64,000 nt of DNA, taken from contig CM120640.1 of the NCBI GenBank assembly GCA_051362555.1, positions 56,894,788 through 56,958,787 on the forward strand, in the 5' to 3' direction. The translations under genes and the position numbers were made by a program. Shown one piece after another: positions 11,551 to 25,900 of the stretch. The stretch comes from Lingula anatina. Its lineage: Eukaryota; Animalia; Brachiopoda. Below the pieces are notes generated by a model. It did no database searches. It saw only the letters and a list, made by a program, of their open reading frames with translations, and was not told the DNA's origin. Each line of letters begins with the position of its first letter. Within the stretch, counting starts at the first letter, position 1.

Positions 11551-14500
11551 CTGAAATTTTTTCAAAAAATTACCATTGAAAACAGCCAAGTTCCAAATGA
11601 AATGTGAAGTTGTTACATTTATCACAACTGTTTTCGTTTACAAAAAGGTAAGAAATAAACAGAGCTGTGTCCCAACTAGAACCAACAGTTAATCAATTCC
11701 TGCTTCTACTGTTTCACACCATTAATGTGCAGTTGCAAAAATATAAATGTTGGATTTTTTTCTCTATTCTAAACAAATTCTTTGTTTTTCCTTACAATTA
11801 TAAACATTATGGAGGAGAAAAGGATGTTTGATTAAGCAATGTTTCCTTTAACACTCCCTTACACAATAGGCAGTGGCTGTCTTGATTAACCTGTTTTTAA
11901 ATTAGCTTGGAAATATTTGTTCATTTAATTGATTCTTATGGATTGTTGAGTAACAGCCTTTTAAATTTTATTCAAAGACTGAGGTTGGTCAAGCAACAGA
12001 CATAACATGTAATGGGGAAAGGATGTTGCTTATTATAGTAACCGCCTTTGAAGTAGGATAAAGTTGGCATTTAAGCACAAAGAAGAAATTTTACTTGATA
12101 TTATGGCAAGGCAGCGATAAAAGATTGAAGAGGAAATTGCAATTATTTTCCACACTTCTGCCTCATAAAGCAGCCTATCTTGTAATTCAAAGTGAAGTGA
12201 GGAGATACACATGTGTGTTGTTCTGTTTTCAATTAGAAAAACAAAACTTCCAGTAAAAGCAATTAACTTTTCACCTCTGGCATCTGAAGTACTGTTCTCC
12301 ATAGATTTCACTCATCAAGTCCTTACATACAAAGACTAAAGCAAGCAGTTTCACATCCTTATTTATGTGAAAACACATTTATAAATATATAAGTAATTTA
12401 CATAATTTCTTCCAAATAAAATCAAATGACTGAATTTTACTAAGATTTTTTCAACTGATTAACATAGACACAAATACTCTGAGCAATTCATTCAATTCAC
12501 TTTCTTCACAATTCTGTACAGGCTTTAATAAAGACACTAAAATACTAAGAAGAATTGAACATATGGAACTGAAATGAATTGAAAGGGGAAAAATTGAATT
12601 TCTCAAACAATGCAGCCCAGACTTAACACAAACAATTGTTGTAGCAAACATGAAGCTTATTTAGATCTGGAAAGTTCAGAATGTCAAACACATGTAGGAA
12701 ACAGAACAAGTGAAATCGAGGAAAGAAAAAAAAACCAAACCAAGAAGGAAATACTGTTAAATCAAACTAACAACAACTGTCTGCCGTTGAGTTGCCACTA
12801 ACCACAATAAATATCCATCCCAGCATGCTGTCCCCTCTCCTGCATTGTTTGCAGACCCCTGTCACACTGTCGGTGGTGCTGCACAATCACAAACATACCA
12901 CATTTTTCTCTTAACAACCACTTCCTGTATGACCTATTAGCTTCCATAAAACAATATGTGGTGTAATTTAATTAATTTAAATCAATGAGCTTTACACAGT
13001 TCAACAATGACTTCCTGCAATGGCTGCCTTCTTGCATTACTCTAGGCAGCAACTTATGCAACCCATTTGAGAGCAGGGAGACACCAATGTGTTCCGTCAC
13101 ACTGCCTGTGGCTTCACAGGCAGATCAGTTTACCTTCATTCATAAAAACCTATGAATGAAACCCCAGCATCATGGGTGTACTATGCCCATCCAATGCAAT
13201 GAACAGACATGTTGAGGAAATACTATGATGTACAATTTGGTTTATATTCGCAGCATCAACTGTAATGCTATCAATTATAATTATCATTTTTGTTTGTTGA
13301 AACTATGTATGCTGAAGAAAAGGAAAGTAGTATGAAAAAAAAATGTCCAGTTCATGGACAGAAAAAAATAACAACAAAGGACCCCATTCATGTTGACTAA
13401 TCATAAAGCATGCTTTGAAGTTTCACCTTTTGTTCTCAGTTAATTATAACGACCCAAACAGTCCAGAAGGCAGACCCCCACTGGCTAGGTGGAGTACAAA
13501 TTGTGCTGCTTTTATTGTTAGCACAGGTTAAACTGCACTGGTTTCTTCATCAGACTATGGAAGTAACTTGATTGCTCTGTGATGGTAAAAGCACTACCCA
13601 CATGGGTAAACTATTTGAGCCACTTCCTATGTCTTCTAAATTAGTGCAGCTTCTAAAGCATTAGTGAATTGTTTAGAGAGCCTTGTGCCTGCTGCCCGTC
13701 AGACCAGCTGTTAACTGACAAAAATGGCAACAATCAGACGCTTGCTTATTGTGTGTGGATCAGGTTACCAAATTGTTCTTTTTTTAGTCCATTTCCTGTA
13801 TCAATGGCCCCAGCTCCATATAAGGCACAGCACCTTAGATTTTATGACTATTACTTATCAAAGTGCTTTCCCCTTATCCATGTGCACAGATGGGGGAATA
13901 ATGGCTCTTTTACTAAATAATATTAGACCTGACACATAATTTACTGAGAGCTGGCCAACTAGAGTCCATACCTCAAAGAAAGTGCCATAACCTCATCCTA
14001 CTGAGGCAAGATGAAACTGTTTATTTCTTGAAATCAAAAAATATTTTCCTAGTCAATTTAATTATCTTTGATAAGTACATGCTTAATAGGTTGCAAAGAA
14101 AACGAGTTGTCTAGACAAAAAGGTCGTCTAAACCACAGGAAATTTGGTAGCCATCCTCAATAAGTTTATACCCTCAGATAACATATCCCCCTGTTTCAAA
14201 AAACTTGCCATGGTGACTTCAATCCTTCCTATCATCACACTGGTCTGTCACCAAATGTAATTTTTTTATCATACTGAAACAATGGGGTGATTTTAAAAAC
14301 ATTTCTTCGACATTCATCAAGTTTCGAAATGAACATATATTATCCAAGAATAGTTTTATCTGGATGCACATGTAAAACAACTTATATCATGTTCCCTACA
14401 ATTACCCACATATAATATATCACTGTATCAATCAGTAAAATAATGAAATGGCAACTTACCAAATTTGTTGGCATTGTCATGATTTCGGTCTTCATGTCCG

Positions 14501-17500
14501 CCCTACAATGACAAATAAAAATTTTCAGATAAATATTGGTAAAAGACAAAAAGAAAGTTTCAAGATTCTCACCTGTGCTTATTTGTGAACTGCACACTTT
14601 TGTTCTTCGATGTCTCAGATAAAAAGGAACATACAGTAACAAGCATATGCCTGGAAAACACAATGCCTGTTGCAAAGATTTTTGTATTGTCAGTTGAGAA
14701 ATTTGCCCAAATGTTCTACCAACATAAATATTTTTTTCAATCCATGAACTTCAATGGTGTGGTTAGTAAGAATTATGTAATGAGAGGCACTAAAGAAAAT
14801 CCATTGTTCTTTGATCCCACTGATGATAATTTTTTGTATATAGTGAACAACAACAATGGCATTTCCTGGGAAGTAAGTAACACAACTGAATCACTAATTT
14901 TGAAGCCTACGCATCAGCAAAATTTTTTGTTCTTTTACAAGCTGACACTATCGGGACAGGTGGCGGGAAATGTAGCTTTTGCCTTTGAAATCATTTATCA
15001 TTTGTCTTAATTCTACATGCATATATGTGATGATCAAAGGAAGTAAAATTACACTACAGATTACAGAAAATAGAAGCAAAACATAGAGCTTAAGTTCTCA
15101 GTCACAGGATTTGTAAAGCATGGCTCCAGGTAATTGTTTCCAAGCACTCCTAGCACTATTGGATTAGGGAATCCAGGAAACATCATGATAAGCTTTACAT
15201 AACAACTGTCAAATTCCTGCTGCCTTCTCATTTATGATACAACACTCCACAAGGCTCACCTCTGTGTGGCACAAGACTAATGGCATCCTATTACCAACAC
15301 TATAAAAGGTCATAATGATTGTTTTGTCAATCAACAAGGCCATCCTGATAGGGATTTTATTGCATTTAATGGGTACAAATGTCAATTGGGATTTGCTCTA
15401 CGCTGGTTTCTTTCAGTACTTGATTTCAGTTTCATTCAACAGGGCTCCTCATGACCAATCATCAAAATGAGACAAGGGCTTTGAACATTACATAATATCT
15501 ATAAAATTTAAATTCATTAAAAAGACTAACTTTTTCATACAACAAATTAGTTGTCAATAAACATCTACAGCTGCTAAAAATAGGCAATACAATAGTTCTC
15601 AAATATTCAATGACCTGAGAAAGGGGAGAAGGATCCCCAGGAGTTCTGATCCAACATAATGAAATGATTGATTGTATTTGTCTATCTAACCACAAGAAAC
15701 TGGGATGAGCATGTTATTCTTTGTTGGTTGGCACAGGTAAGGCGCCTGTTTTGCTCATCGATACACATTCCCCAACCCAGCCCTCACCATTATCTCTGGC
15801 CTGCAATTCTAGGGGCCCTTGGAAAGACCTTGCAGATATCAGAGTGAAAATTCAAGTCAAGAAGATAATGTGAAGATGGTGTTAGATGGGGAAAATAAAT
15901 CAGAATGATACTGAATCCATACGCCTGGCCTTTTAAAAGCTTGCTGATTGACCTATGGTCCATGTTGTTGGAAGGAAAATATTTACCTGTGCTAAGACAG
16001 TGGCTAAAGTTTTAATAATATCATGCCCCACCCTGGTATAGTTAATATGAAAGCATTGTTGAAGTCAGTCCCTTCAGAAACAAAAGGTCAGGTATTCCTC
16101 ACCCACATGTGGCTTACCTTATAAAGGCATCCATTCAAGGTATTGCAATTTCTACAACCTGGAAATGTGTTTTGTTTCTTGAAGTGAGAAATTTGAGTCC
16201 CTGTTGTTCAAACACAGAGGAGATAGTGTTGAGGCAACAATTGCTACTCTCCAGTTACTGGTACCAAATGGGGAAGACCAAAGCTTTTGATCACTTGTCA
16301 ATTCAACCTTTCATGTATTTTGTACTCTTTTCTTAACCAGAACCAGACTTCCCCCAATTAAAGCCAAGGCAGCTTTCACTTTATTAGATTATTTCTGCTC
16401 TGGATGGGGGTCATTGTCAAGACATGTGCTTGTTTACTTGATCATATATTGTTCCTAGCCACTAAGCAAAGGGATACTTTACTTTTTCTCTCTTTTCAAA
16501 GAAATGAAGGTCTTTGATCATGCTCGGATGCTGACAATGGGTTGCAGTTGTTTCCTGCAAAGAAGTGGCAGTGACGGTGGCGTGTGGTACAAAGATGAAA
16601 GTGTGAAAATGACAAAGCAAATGTCAACTTTCTTGAACAACTCATGCCCCCTTGTTTCTAATTTTTTTTACCTACAACCCTGAAATCCAAAATCGTTCCT
16701 TAAGTTTTCCTCATTATTTCTAAGCGGCAGCTCAACTTTCTAAGATTTGTGCATAGTTACACAATACTCCAGCTGAGGCTGTATCTTTTGATGTAGTAAA
16801 TGGCAAAGTTCAACCAAAGTTGCTTCAACTGTTCCCTACTTCTGTGAGATCAGATGGAGCACATTGTTCGTGTTTGTCTGCCTAATAGACTTCACTGGGG
16901 AAGTGTGCCTCAGCAGTTGCAGCAGACACAGACCCCTCCCACTAATTTGAACTTTAACTAAACTCATATGAGTCGCCCCACAGTGAGGAAGAGCTTCAGG
17001 CTTATAATTTGTATTGCAATAAAATTTGTTCAAACACATCAATAAAGTTGTGAACCTTTTCTTGGAAATTTAATTACCTTGATACACTTAAAAGTTACAA
17101 TAAAATTGCAAGAAACATTTTACTGATTTTTTTTACCGATTAGCAAATAAAACCATTTTTCACATAACTTTCCTAATAATAGCAATAACCACTAAAATAA
17201 ATCCATTTCAACACAGCTAACTGATCTTTCTTCTTCAAATTAAACTTCCTGACAATAGACCTGTAACTATAAACATTCCGATTATTCCCTGACACCATTT
17301 ACATAATATTTTCCCTTTTTTTAAAACAAAAACAACATACTCTGTCATTAATAGTCCATTATCCCCCAGTTGTGGGCGGAAGGGGTGTCTGCCACAGTGT
17401 GCTTGATGGGTGCATTTTCTAACTTACTCTGAAGTTGTAGTGCCTGTGTTGGCTAGAGCTTCAGGCAGACTCCTACACCTAATGTGACCAAGTGATTGCC

Positions 17501-19348
17501 AGCGTAGGAGGCTGTGGATCACTTACACTGTGCATGCATAACCACAGAGTGGTAAACCAAAACTGGTGACACATGTGACTTGGATCTTGTATCAGCCTAT
17601 TGTTTTTAAGAGGTGTAATTAAGCATTTTAATTATTACTTTAGTACACTTATAATTTTCAAATAAGCATTTGTGTCTCATTAAATTATTGTCTTCAAACA
17701 CTTATCTAGATTATCACACATATGTTACAAAAATTTGTTTTAAAATTTTTTAAGTCATAAATTGACAGCAATACTCTTAGCGAACTGCACCCAGGATATG
17801 ACATAATGAAGTTGTCCGATATCTTTGAATAAGGGTCCTCTAGGAAATACTGCCAAAGTTGGAGTGACAGGAAAGGAAACTTTTCCATACATTATAAAAA
17901 ATCATCTTTGAAGTGGAAAAGTTTCAGGATACACAAGTAGTATGAAGATTATTGGATTATAATCTATTATATCACCACAAAAACCATTTTTATTGCATCA
18001 AAATCTCTAGCATATGAATCACATGAAACCTTCAAGTAACATAAGCAACAAGAGCGGTTAAAATTTTTTGTCAACTGACAGTAGCTGGTCTTTATTGATT
18101 CATCAATTGTGTGTTGTATAGAATAAGGTAGAGGTAATTAAACCTAGATCTACCTGTCCAGGTATCTCCAGTTGATATGAGATCTGAACACTGCTCAAAT
18201 GAAGACGGATAAAGGACTAATCACCCATTATTCCACTGAAGCAGTATATTCTGTACATATTTGCACAAACACATAATTTTAATTTTTTTTCTTTTTTTTT
18301 TGGTAAACTGTCAGGTCATTTTACATTCACTATTGCACCCCTCAAAAAAGGTAAAGCAGGCGACTACTTCTGATTGGCTGTGTCAAGGCCCCTAACCCTG
18401 GTCTTATGTTTACGGTAAATATACTACTTAGATAGTGATTTATTCCTGCAGAATAGACTGGGGCAAGTTCATTCTCAATGGTTCATTCACAAAAGAAAAA
18501 TGCTGTCAACATCAATTTTTCTAGCTTACTAGTTCAGCTCCTACTTAAAAGGCTTTCACACATTTTTTACTAATTTGAGCAAGTTAAGAATGCATAAAGA
18601 CAAGCACACTCTAATGCACTGCTTTTATGAAAATTCCTTTTGACTGGTGTTGTTTTAAGGGCCCTTTAACAGAAAGCTTTTTTTGTCTGGTTAACAATGT
18701 CTTTGATCATTGAGCTTCCCTCTTTTGTTTTCGTTTTTTTTTTTTTTTTTTCCATAATTGGCTCATTTTCCATCAAGTCACTTCATTTTGGTATTTAATT
18801 AGTTAACATTAAAAAGTTAACTTTCCATTTTTCTTAAACAGTCCTGCTTATAGTTATAAGACAAAACTTCTTTTGAACAAATGTGAGATAAGTTAAAGTG
18901 ATCTACCATATAAATTCATTTGGACTTTTCTTTTCAGTCAGACAAACGCCCAGACAAATGGCTCATTAGATAATAAATTAATCATCTTCCCTGTGATAAT
19001 CTAAACATCTTAAAAATTGGTAAAATTACACATACTGTCTCTCTTGCTATAATTTTTTAAATTAATACTTTATTATAAAGTAAATCCTTCTGTTGTAAAG
19101 ATGTGCCAGTTACCAAAAACAATTTGACAAATATTTCCAATTTGGAAAATTATTTCAACAACATTTCCACTGAGTGCATTTATCAAGGATCAAAATAATC
19201 ACACTTCACTTTAAGTCCATACCAGTACAACTCTTTCTAGTAAAAGCAATTTATTATATTTTTAATTCAAATCTAGAAGAATCAAAGTAGCGAGAGTACA
19301 TTATAAATTTGTACAAAATATTTAGTGAAAACCTTGGAATATATTTAC

Positions 19349-19933
19349 CTGCATTTCCCTCTGCTTGCCTAAATTGTCTTTCAAACTCTGCAGCTGTCTA
19401 ATCAACTCATTTAGCCATTGCTCCTTGTCTAGCAGTGACGATCTCTCACCCAATACCACTGCCTTCACAGTCATGATTATGTCTCTGGGAGAAATGTCAG
19501 GAAAATCGCCATTGATTCCAGAGTCAGTGTCAGACTTTGCACCTAATTTCTGCAAGATGAAGTCCATAGATTTCCTGTGCTGCCCATGAGAGGGCTTGGT
19601 TTGGCTGTAGTTGTTGCTTACTTTCTGATGAGACTCCACTGCCTCAGTATCAGAGGTCTCATTGTCTTGCTGCTTGACACTTTGCAAAATGCGCTGCTTC
19701 TTGCTCTGAGGCTTGTCAAGTCCATTTGGGCTATCAGCAGAGTCTGGGAGATCACAGAGTTCTTCTGGTTTTGTCACAATTTGAAGAGCCATGTCATTAT
19801 CAGAGTCCAAGTCACTTTCTTGACCATTCATCATTATGTCCCCTTTGTCTGAATGTGAGTTGGTAATTTGGTGTTCAAGGAGCACCTCGTCTTTGGAAAC
19901 TTTCTGCGGAGCACTCTTACGCTTGGAAGACAT
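19349..19933 (-). CDS. SoxD: SoxD (Sox5/6/13-like) first coding exon: MSSKRK N-terminus, RKSMDFILQKL motif and coiled-coil/leucine-zipper segment
   Basis: ORF 19322-19933 starts MSSKRK (Sox5/6 start MSSKR-like). SLLDKEQWLNELIRQLQSLKDNL resembles the SoxD zipper (SLAEKERQL..MINQL.SLREQL). Acceptor ttcttttcag lies 4 nt before the ATG (exon starts 19937). Donor CAG|gtaaat at 19349, phase 0. Confidence 0.88.
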
Positions 19934-22900
19934 GTTTCTGAAAAGAACAATACAAAGTATATATTATGCCATTATTAAAGAATTTGCCATACAAAGTCTT
20001 AGGTGTGACATTATAGGAATTCTTCCAAACTAACATCTGGAAGAAATAATAAAAACAAACTATTTTTACACAATCATATTCTGCAGTTAATAAAAAACAT
20101 CAACACACACCAAAAAGTAATGCAGAAAAAAATTGAAACAGGTGACATTTGACTCACAAACAATGGCTTTGATTTTCAGACACAGTGAAAGTCATACTCG
20201 CAATTGTTTGCATTTTGAATATCCTGTGAGCAATAAAAAAAATCTGAAAACTCTAGAAGTAGATCCCCGAAGGAATGTCCCCTTTTGAGAATTGGCAACT
20301 CAGTCCTGGATTATAATAGCTACTGTTTACACTGAAATAGTTTCCTGCCTTGTCTCAATGAGCCAATCATTGGATAGATTGTGACCGGAAGCCGACTTGG
20401 TCACAGAGAAAACCACTTGAGAGGACTTACCACATTACAACCTCAATCAGGGACCAGCATACTATTATACCATGGTTGAACCAGATTGCAAGTTCAATTT
20501 CAAAATCTTTGAGTCTCAATGTGTAAACCTGAGTGTGGATTGTCATGAACAGCTCCTAATTTGTCTAGTAAGGTTCTGTGCCTCTCTAGTAAAACCACAA
20601 TAGAGCAGAAACTGACAGAACCAGCAGGAGTGAGAAACCTGTGTAGACAATTAGACAAACTAAGAATGGTTTATAAAAAGTACATCTTTGGCTGAAAATA
20701 GGCCCCTGTGCTGTAAATATGATTAACCTGTAACAGTATGGTCAGGAATGCACTTACTGCAGTCCATCAAAGTTACGCTAAGTCAATACGTAGGTGAGTA
20801 CAAGTTGCTTGCTGGGTCGCTGAGAGTGAGTAGATTCACGTGAAATAAGCCACCAAAATGAAATTATGTCTACAGTATTGCTATCACTGATCAATCACTA
20901 TGGCAATCCTGGTTCCTGTAATGTTGGCAATTATAGCTTATCTCTCCAGTGCAGCTGCCCAGCCTTCCAGACAATTCACAAGAACATTTTCTTAAGACAT
21001 CATCAACTTCTTCTCAAAGATGTATACAAAGATGAGTTTTCCATTATTCAGTTCTGCTCTTACAAACCTACTGATCCAAACATCCTTTTCTATGATCAAG
21101 ATTCTCAGGGAACAGAGTCCAAAAAGTCTAATATCTCAGCAAAATGAACAATTTGAAGCAGTAAAAAAATCCAGTTGTAGTAGAGATTACATTTTAAGAC
21201 AAACTGCAGAACAATTATCAATTTGTCATCAAATTTGCTACCAGATAACACTCAAAGAATATTACACTATATTTCCATCCTTTAACACTTACCCCTGACA
21301 CCTCTATCATCAGACTGACCAAAACTGGACAATGTCCAGAGAGGATAGCCCCATCTGTTCTCAGCAGGCAGCAATTAAACATTGTAGCAGTTGTTGTTAT
21401 GTAATCAGCCAACTGGGCCAACCCATCATGGACAAATAAGGAAGCTATTGTTTATTTTCCCCAGCAAAACTCCCCTTGCAATTGTTATTGAAACCCTGAC
21501 TTCCTTTACTGGTTTAAATTGTGAGAGGTATTAGATATCCAGGCAAATCAGAGAGCTTAATGAAATAATTAGATATCAACAGTATAAGAATGTGTTTCTC
21601 CATGAAATTACCCATAGGTGCCATTAAGACCCTGGGCAGTCTCCAGTCAGTCTTAATTTGGATAAAACAAAAGAAATTTGCATTTAGATTGATTCCGTCA
21701 GCAGCCAGAATACTGCGGCTATTGTTTGTATAAACCCTGGGTCACAACCTCCAAAATGAAAATGTTTTAATCACCAAAACAACACGTTGGCAAGGTTTAT
21801 TTTAGTCAATTTCTAAAGAATAACAGAGGCCTTGAATAATCAAGGTTCGCTTTTGTTTTACATTACTTCTGTTAGGTGCTTGATTAAGTTTCCCTAAAGG
21901 TTGGAATTTTAATTCACTTTTGTTGTTTCCTATTGTAAAAAAAGGTTCCTTTTTCCATAGGTTTACAAGTGTGTTGAAAGTCAAATTCCTTTTGTTTAAT
22001 CAAACAGTCAACATGCCAGTGTCATATATTATACAGATTACAATGTTTTTTATGATCAACATATAACTTACATCAGTTTTCCTCTACACAGGGTAATCAA
22101 GTGAACGAGAAGAGACAAAAACACCACAAAAAAACTGACAAAGTGAATTTTCTGAACTCCTTTAGTGCCACTAGAGGAATTTAAAACTTAGCATATGAGA
22201 TGCTGGCCACCTTTGTAGTAGTAGAATGTGGAACCTACTGTATGGGCCAATGCCCCTACCCCCACCCCTACCACACAAACAGGTAAGAAGTCCCAGGGGC
22301 AAAACACCACTTTGTATTAGGACTGTAGTACCAGGCACTTGCGGACAAATGGCTGGCATAAAAGTTCTCAGCAAAAGTTCTCTTCTGATAAAAACTGACT
22401 TGCCACCCAAGTAGATAATTACACATTCTGATGTAAACATTGGACAATAAAAATCCTATAAACAAAAGAAATTGTTTAACAAATCCTGTCATTCATTACT
22501 GAATGTTACTTTTATCTAAGTGCAGTTAAATAAAAAAATCTCACGTTTTGCCAGAGTACTTCTACTAGTACAATGTATATAATGGTGTTCCCAAGAACAG
22601 ATTATAACAAAGGAAGACTTTGAAATACACATTTCTTAAATCTGACTTTTTAAAATCAAGAAAATCACTGTTCCAAAAAACCTTTCATGAAGCAGCTTAA
22701 AATAAAAGAAAATAAATACACGTCTAAACTTAAAGTACACTGCCTTGTTGAAAAAAAGTTCTGAAACACTCCCTCCAAAATTGAAGGAAACAGTTCCTGA
22801 TATGATTCAATAAAAGTCTGTTGATATCAAAAACAATATAAATTGAACAAAGACCCAAATGTCAAAAATGTCACCAAAGTCAACACTTGACCAAATGTGT

Positions 22901-25900
22901 CCCTGACAACTAGTACCTCCACGAAGCAATTAAAGACTGGGAGGAACAATACTACAGGCAGCGGCCACTTTTTTTATTCAATGAAAAATGGATATAAAGA
23001 CGGTAACCATATTTAATTTAAATAAGGGATGTTTTTTCTTCTTTTCTCTCATTTCTATCATTTTTTTTCTTTTGATGACTTCTAATTCAATTATAGTCCA
23101 CATATATAGCTGTTTTCCCATTTAATTTTTTCTTTGGATAACAAGTAAATTAAAACTTTTTTGGAAGACTTTTACACTTCATTTAGAAGTAACAGTAGAA
23201 TTTTTGCTGCAAATCTTAAGTCCTTAGTTAACTTAACAGACGTCATAAAACCACAGTTGCCAAACAATAATCCTTTATTGCACAGCATTCACTTAAAGCA
23301 GGGCACCTCGGAACCCATGGGCAGATTAAGCAGGCTTTGTCTTAAAGTCTGTTTTTCTTAATTTGGTACCATATAGTGTTACTGATGTTATCTAGTGCTT
23401 CTGTCTTAGGCTTAATGGAGAACATGGGAACAGAACATATACAAAACAATATATGGGGAACACAGGGAATATAAATGCTAAATGAAAAAGAAATTTTAGA
23501 AAAACTAACAAAGAGAGCTTGGGTGTCACCATCTTCAATTTGGCACACCAGAGTTCTCAGAAGAATTTGGTATTGAATATCCTTTCTCATCTTCATAATC
23601 ATACTCAATGGTCTTGTACCTAAGCTTGTGTGATGACAGACCCAACTGAAGGTAACACATAAAATAAGGTGTTCTTACAATTTTGGTTATATTGGAATTT
23701 TATTGCAATCAAAATTGTAACTTTGACATCAAATAGTTTTTGTGCATTTAGCAAGAAAAGAATAGCCTTTTTAAATTTGAGCAAGAGTCTAAGGCATTAT
23801 AAGAATAATGGTCATAAATATCTGCTACTTTGTAAAAAAAAAGTTTTTATTTCCTGGAAAAGATTTTATTTGATAACTTGATTTTTTATTTCTATTTAAT
23901 TTAAAGTCTAATGTAAAGAAAGTCATAAAATCTCTCTGCTTTTGATAAGTGACAAATTACTGTTGGGCAAAATGTATAACAGTGTCAAAAACAGAAGCCA
24001 AAGAATATGACACTGAAAGACAGATAATAAAAAAGATACATGTCCATTATCATTATCAGCAAGACTTGTGTCAAGCTCAGTGATATTTCTGTGCAGTTTA
24101 TCTGCCACCTACTGGTTCTTGGGGCGTAGAAGCCACCAGGAACACTACAATATTGTTAGCAATGTATTGTTGAAAGAGGATACAGCAGGAAGGGCATTTT
24201 ATTGATAGCCTAAGTAGTCAATGGTGCCATAACCAATAGAAGTGAAACAAATAAATATGACAGAAATATAATAGCTCTTTGTTAATTCAATTTTTTTATT
24301 CAATCAATTTTAATTTCAATGAAATTTGTACCACACGATCTTTGATTAATAACAAAGTTTGTCTAATATTATATTTCTGAGTGTCACAAGTAATAAACGT
24401 TAAAATTTACAGATATTGTTTTTTGTGTTATCACTTTTTTTATGAAATATATTGAGTATATTTTCTGTACATACTTATTCAGAACATTAGTACAAATTGC
24501 ATTTTACTTTTTTTTTTAATTCAGTTGATGAATAAAGCATGATTTTCAAAATGGGTAACAATTAATTCCCCATCAGTCAAACCACGCTTAATTCACAAGC
24601 TTTCTTAACATGTGAGTGCATATAATAAGTACATGTGCATTTTTAAATTCACCAAAAACAAGAATTTATAAGTCTGTATCAAAAGCAGTGACTAAAACTC
24701 TTCTGGTAAAAGACAGTGAACAGTTTTTCATCTTATAAGTTAAAGTGTAGCTAGGACATCACTTTTCTATCACAGTCACCCCACTCCCTCCCCCAAGTTA
24801 TGGAGTGCCAAGGTGGATATAGGGGGCAGCAGAGACCAGACACGGGTCTATGAAGTCTTTACCATGGGGACATCACCAGGCAATGATGGAGATTATATCA
24901 CACCTTTTTTCTGCTCTAATCTCAAATTTTATCTGCCACAGCTCTGTTTATTTCTTCAGCTCTGATTTATACACTTGGCTTCCTGCATTGATGGTGAAAA
25001 TCCTGTTGTTTTTTCCCTGGCATTTAGAATTCACAAATTAACTGTCTTTGCAGCCACATAACATGTCTTGTGAAACATTCTGCAGGCCCAGATAGGATAA
25101 AGAAAGATTGGTGTCAGACACAAGTTACCTATTCACCCCAACAAATCTTACAGCATCACCTTTGTCAATATATTTTCCAATCAGCATGTTTCCAAAATCT
25201 TTAATCACAAGAAAAAAAGTATATTACAGAATAAAACAAAAGTGTTTTTTCATCCTACATCAAACCTTTGCATCACCTTCATTATCATTATTGTTTTTAT
25301 TATACCATTTTTTCTTTTGTAAAGCATGGTTAGATAAACAAGTAACATTTCTTTTTTTTTTGAAAATTATAACTTCTTTTTCAAAAAAACTATTCCAATG
25401 ATAATACTCTTGTCTTAGAATTGACTTCAGTCAGGATTGTCACTTTTTTATTATGTGCGTGTATGACCTAAACTAATGTGGCATCTATCGTCTAACTACA
25501 ATCAATACAGTTCCACTGGTCAATGAAACCCAGCAGAGTAGTCATTGAAAATCACAATTGTCGTGATTACACTTTCATTTTTATTCCATAAGAATGTTAG
25601 AAATCATTTCATTGTGAATATCTATAGATTTCCTGGCAGCACTAGTCATGCAAGTTTCATTTACAGGCTTCAAATCTCGTGTGAAATGGTAGGAAATTAT
25701 GCAAAAATAATAATCAAGAATCAATAAAGAATTCAAGTATTTTGCCTAAATACCACTTTCCAATCTTCTTTGATGATGATGACGTGACATTAGTTTAGTA
25801 GAGTTCAATAGACCCTGGACTTTTGCAAAGGAAAAGGTTTAGCAAATCTTCTGTGCATACCAAAGGACACTTTTGGGATCCTTGCTGCATTACCACTGTG

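Noticed and set aside
12033-12311. ORF start KSMENSTSDARG as the missing SoxD exon
   Set aside because: An in-frame stop lies immediately upstream and there is no phase-0 acceptor.
14585-15010. 141-aa plus-strand ORF in a SoxD intron (similarly 48477-48914 and 1789-2169)
   Set aside because: Composition typical of AT-rich non-coding DNA, with no recognisable motifs or exon chain.
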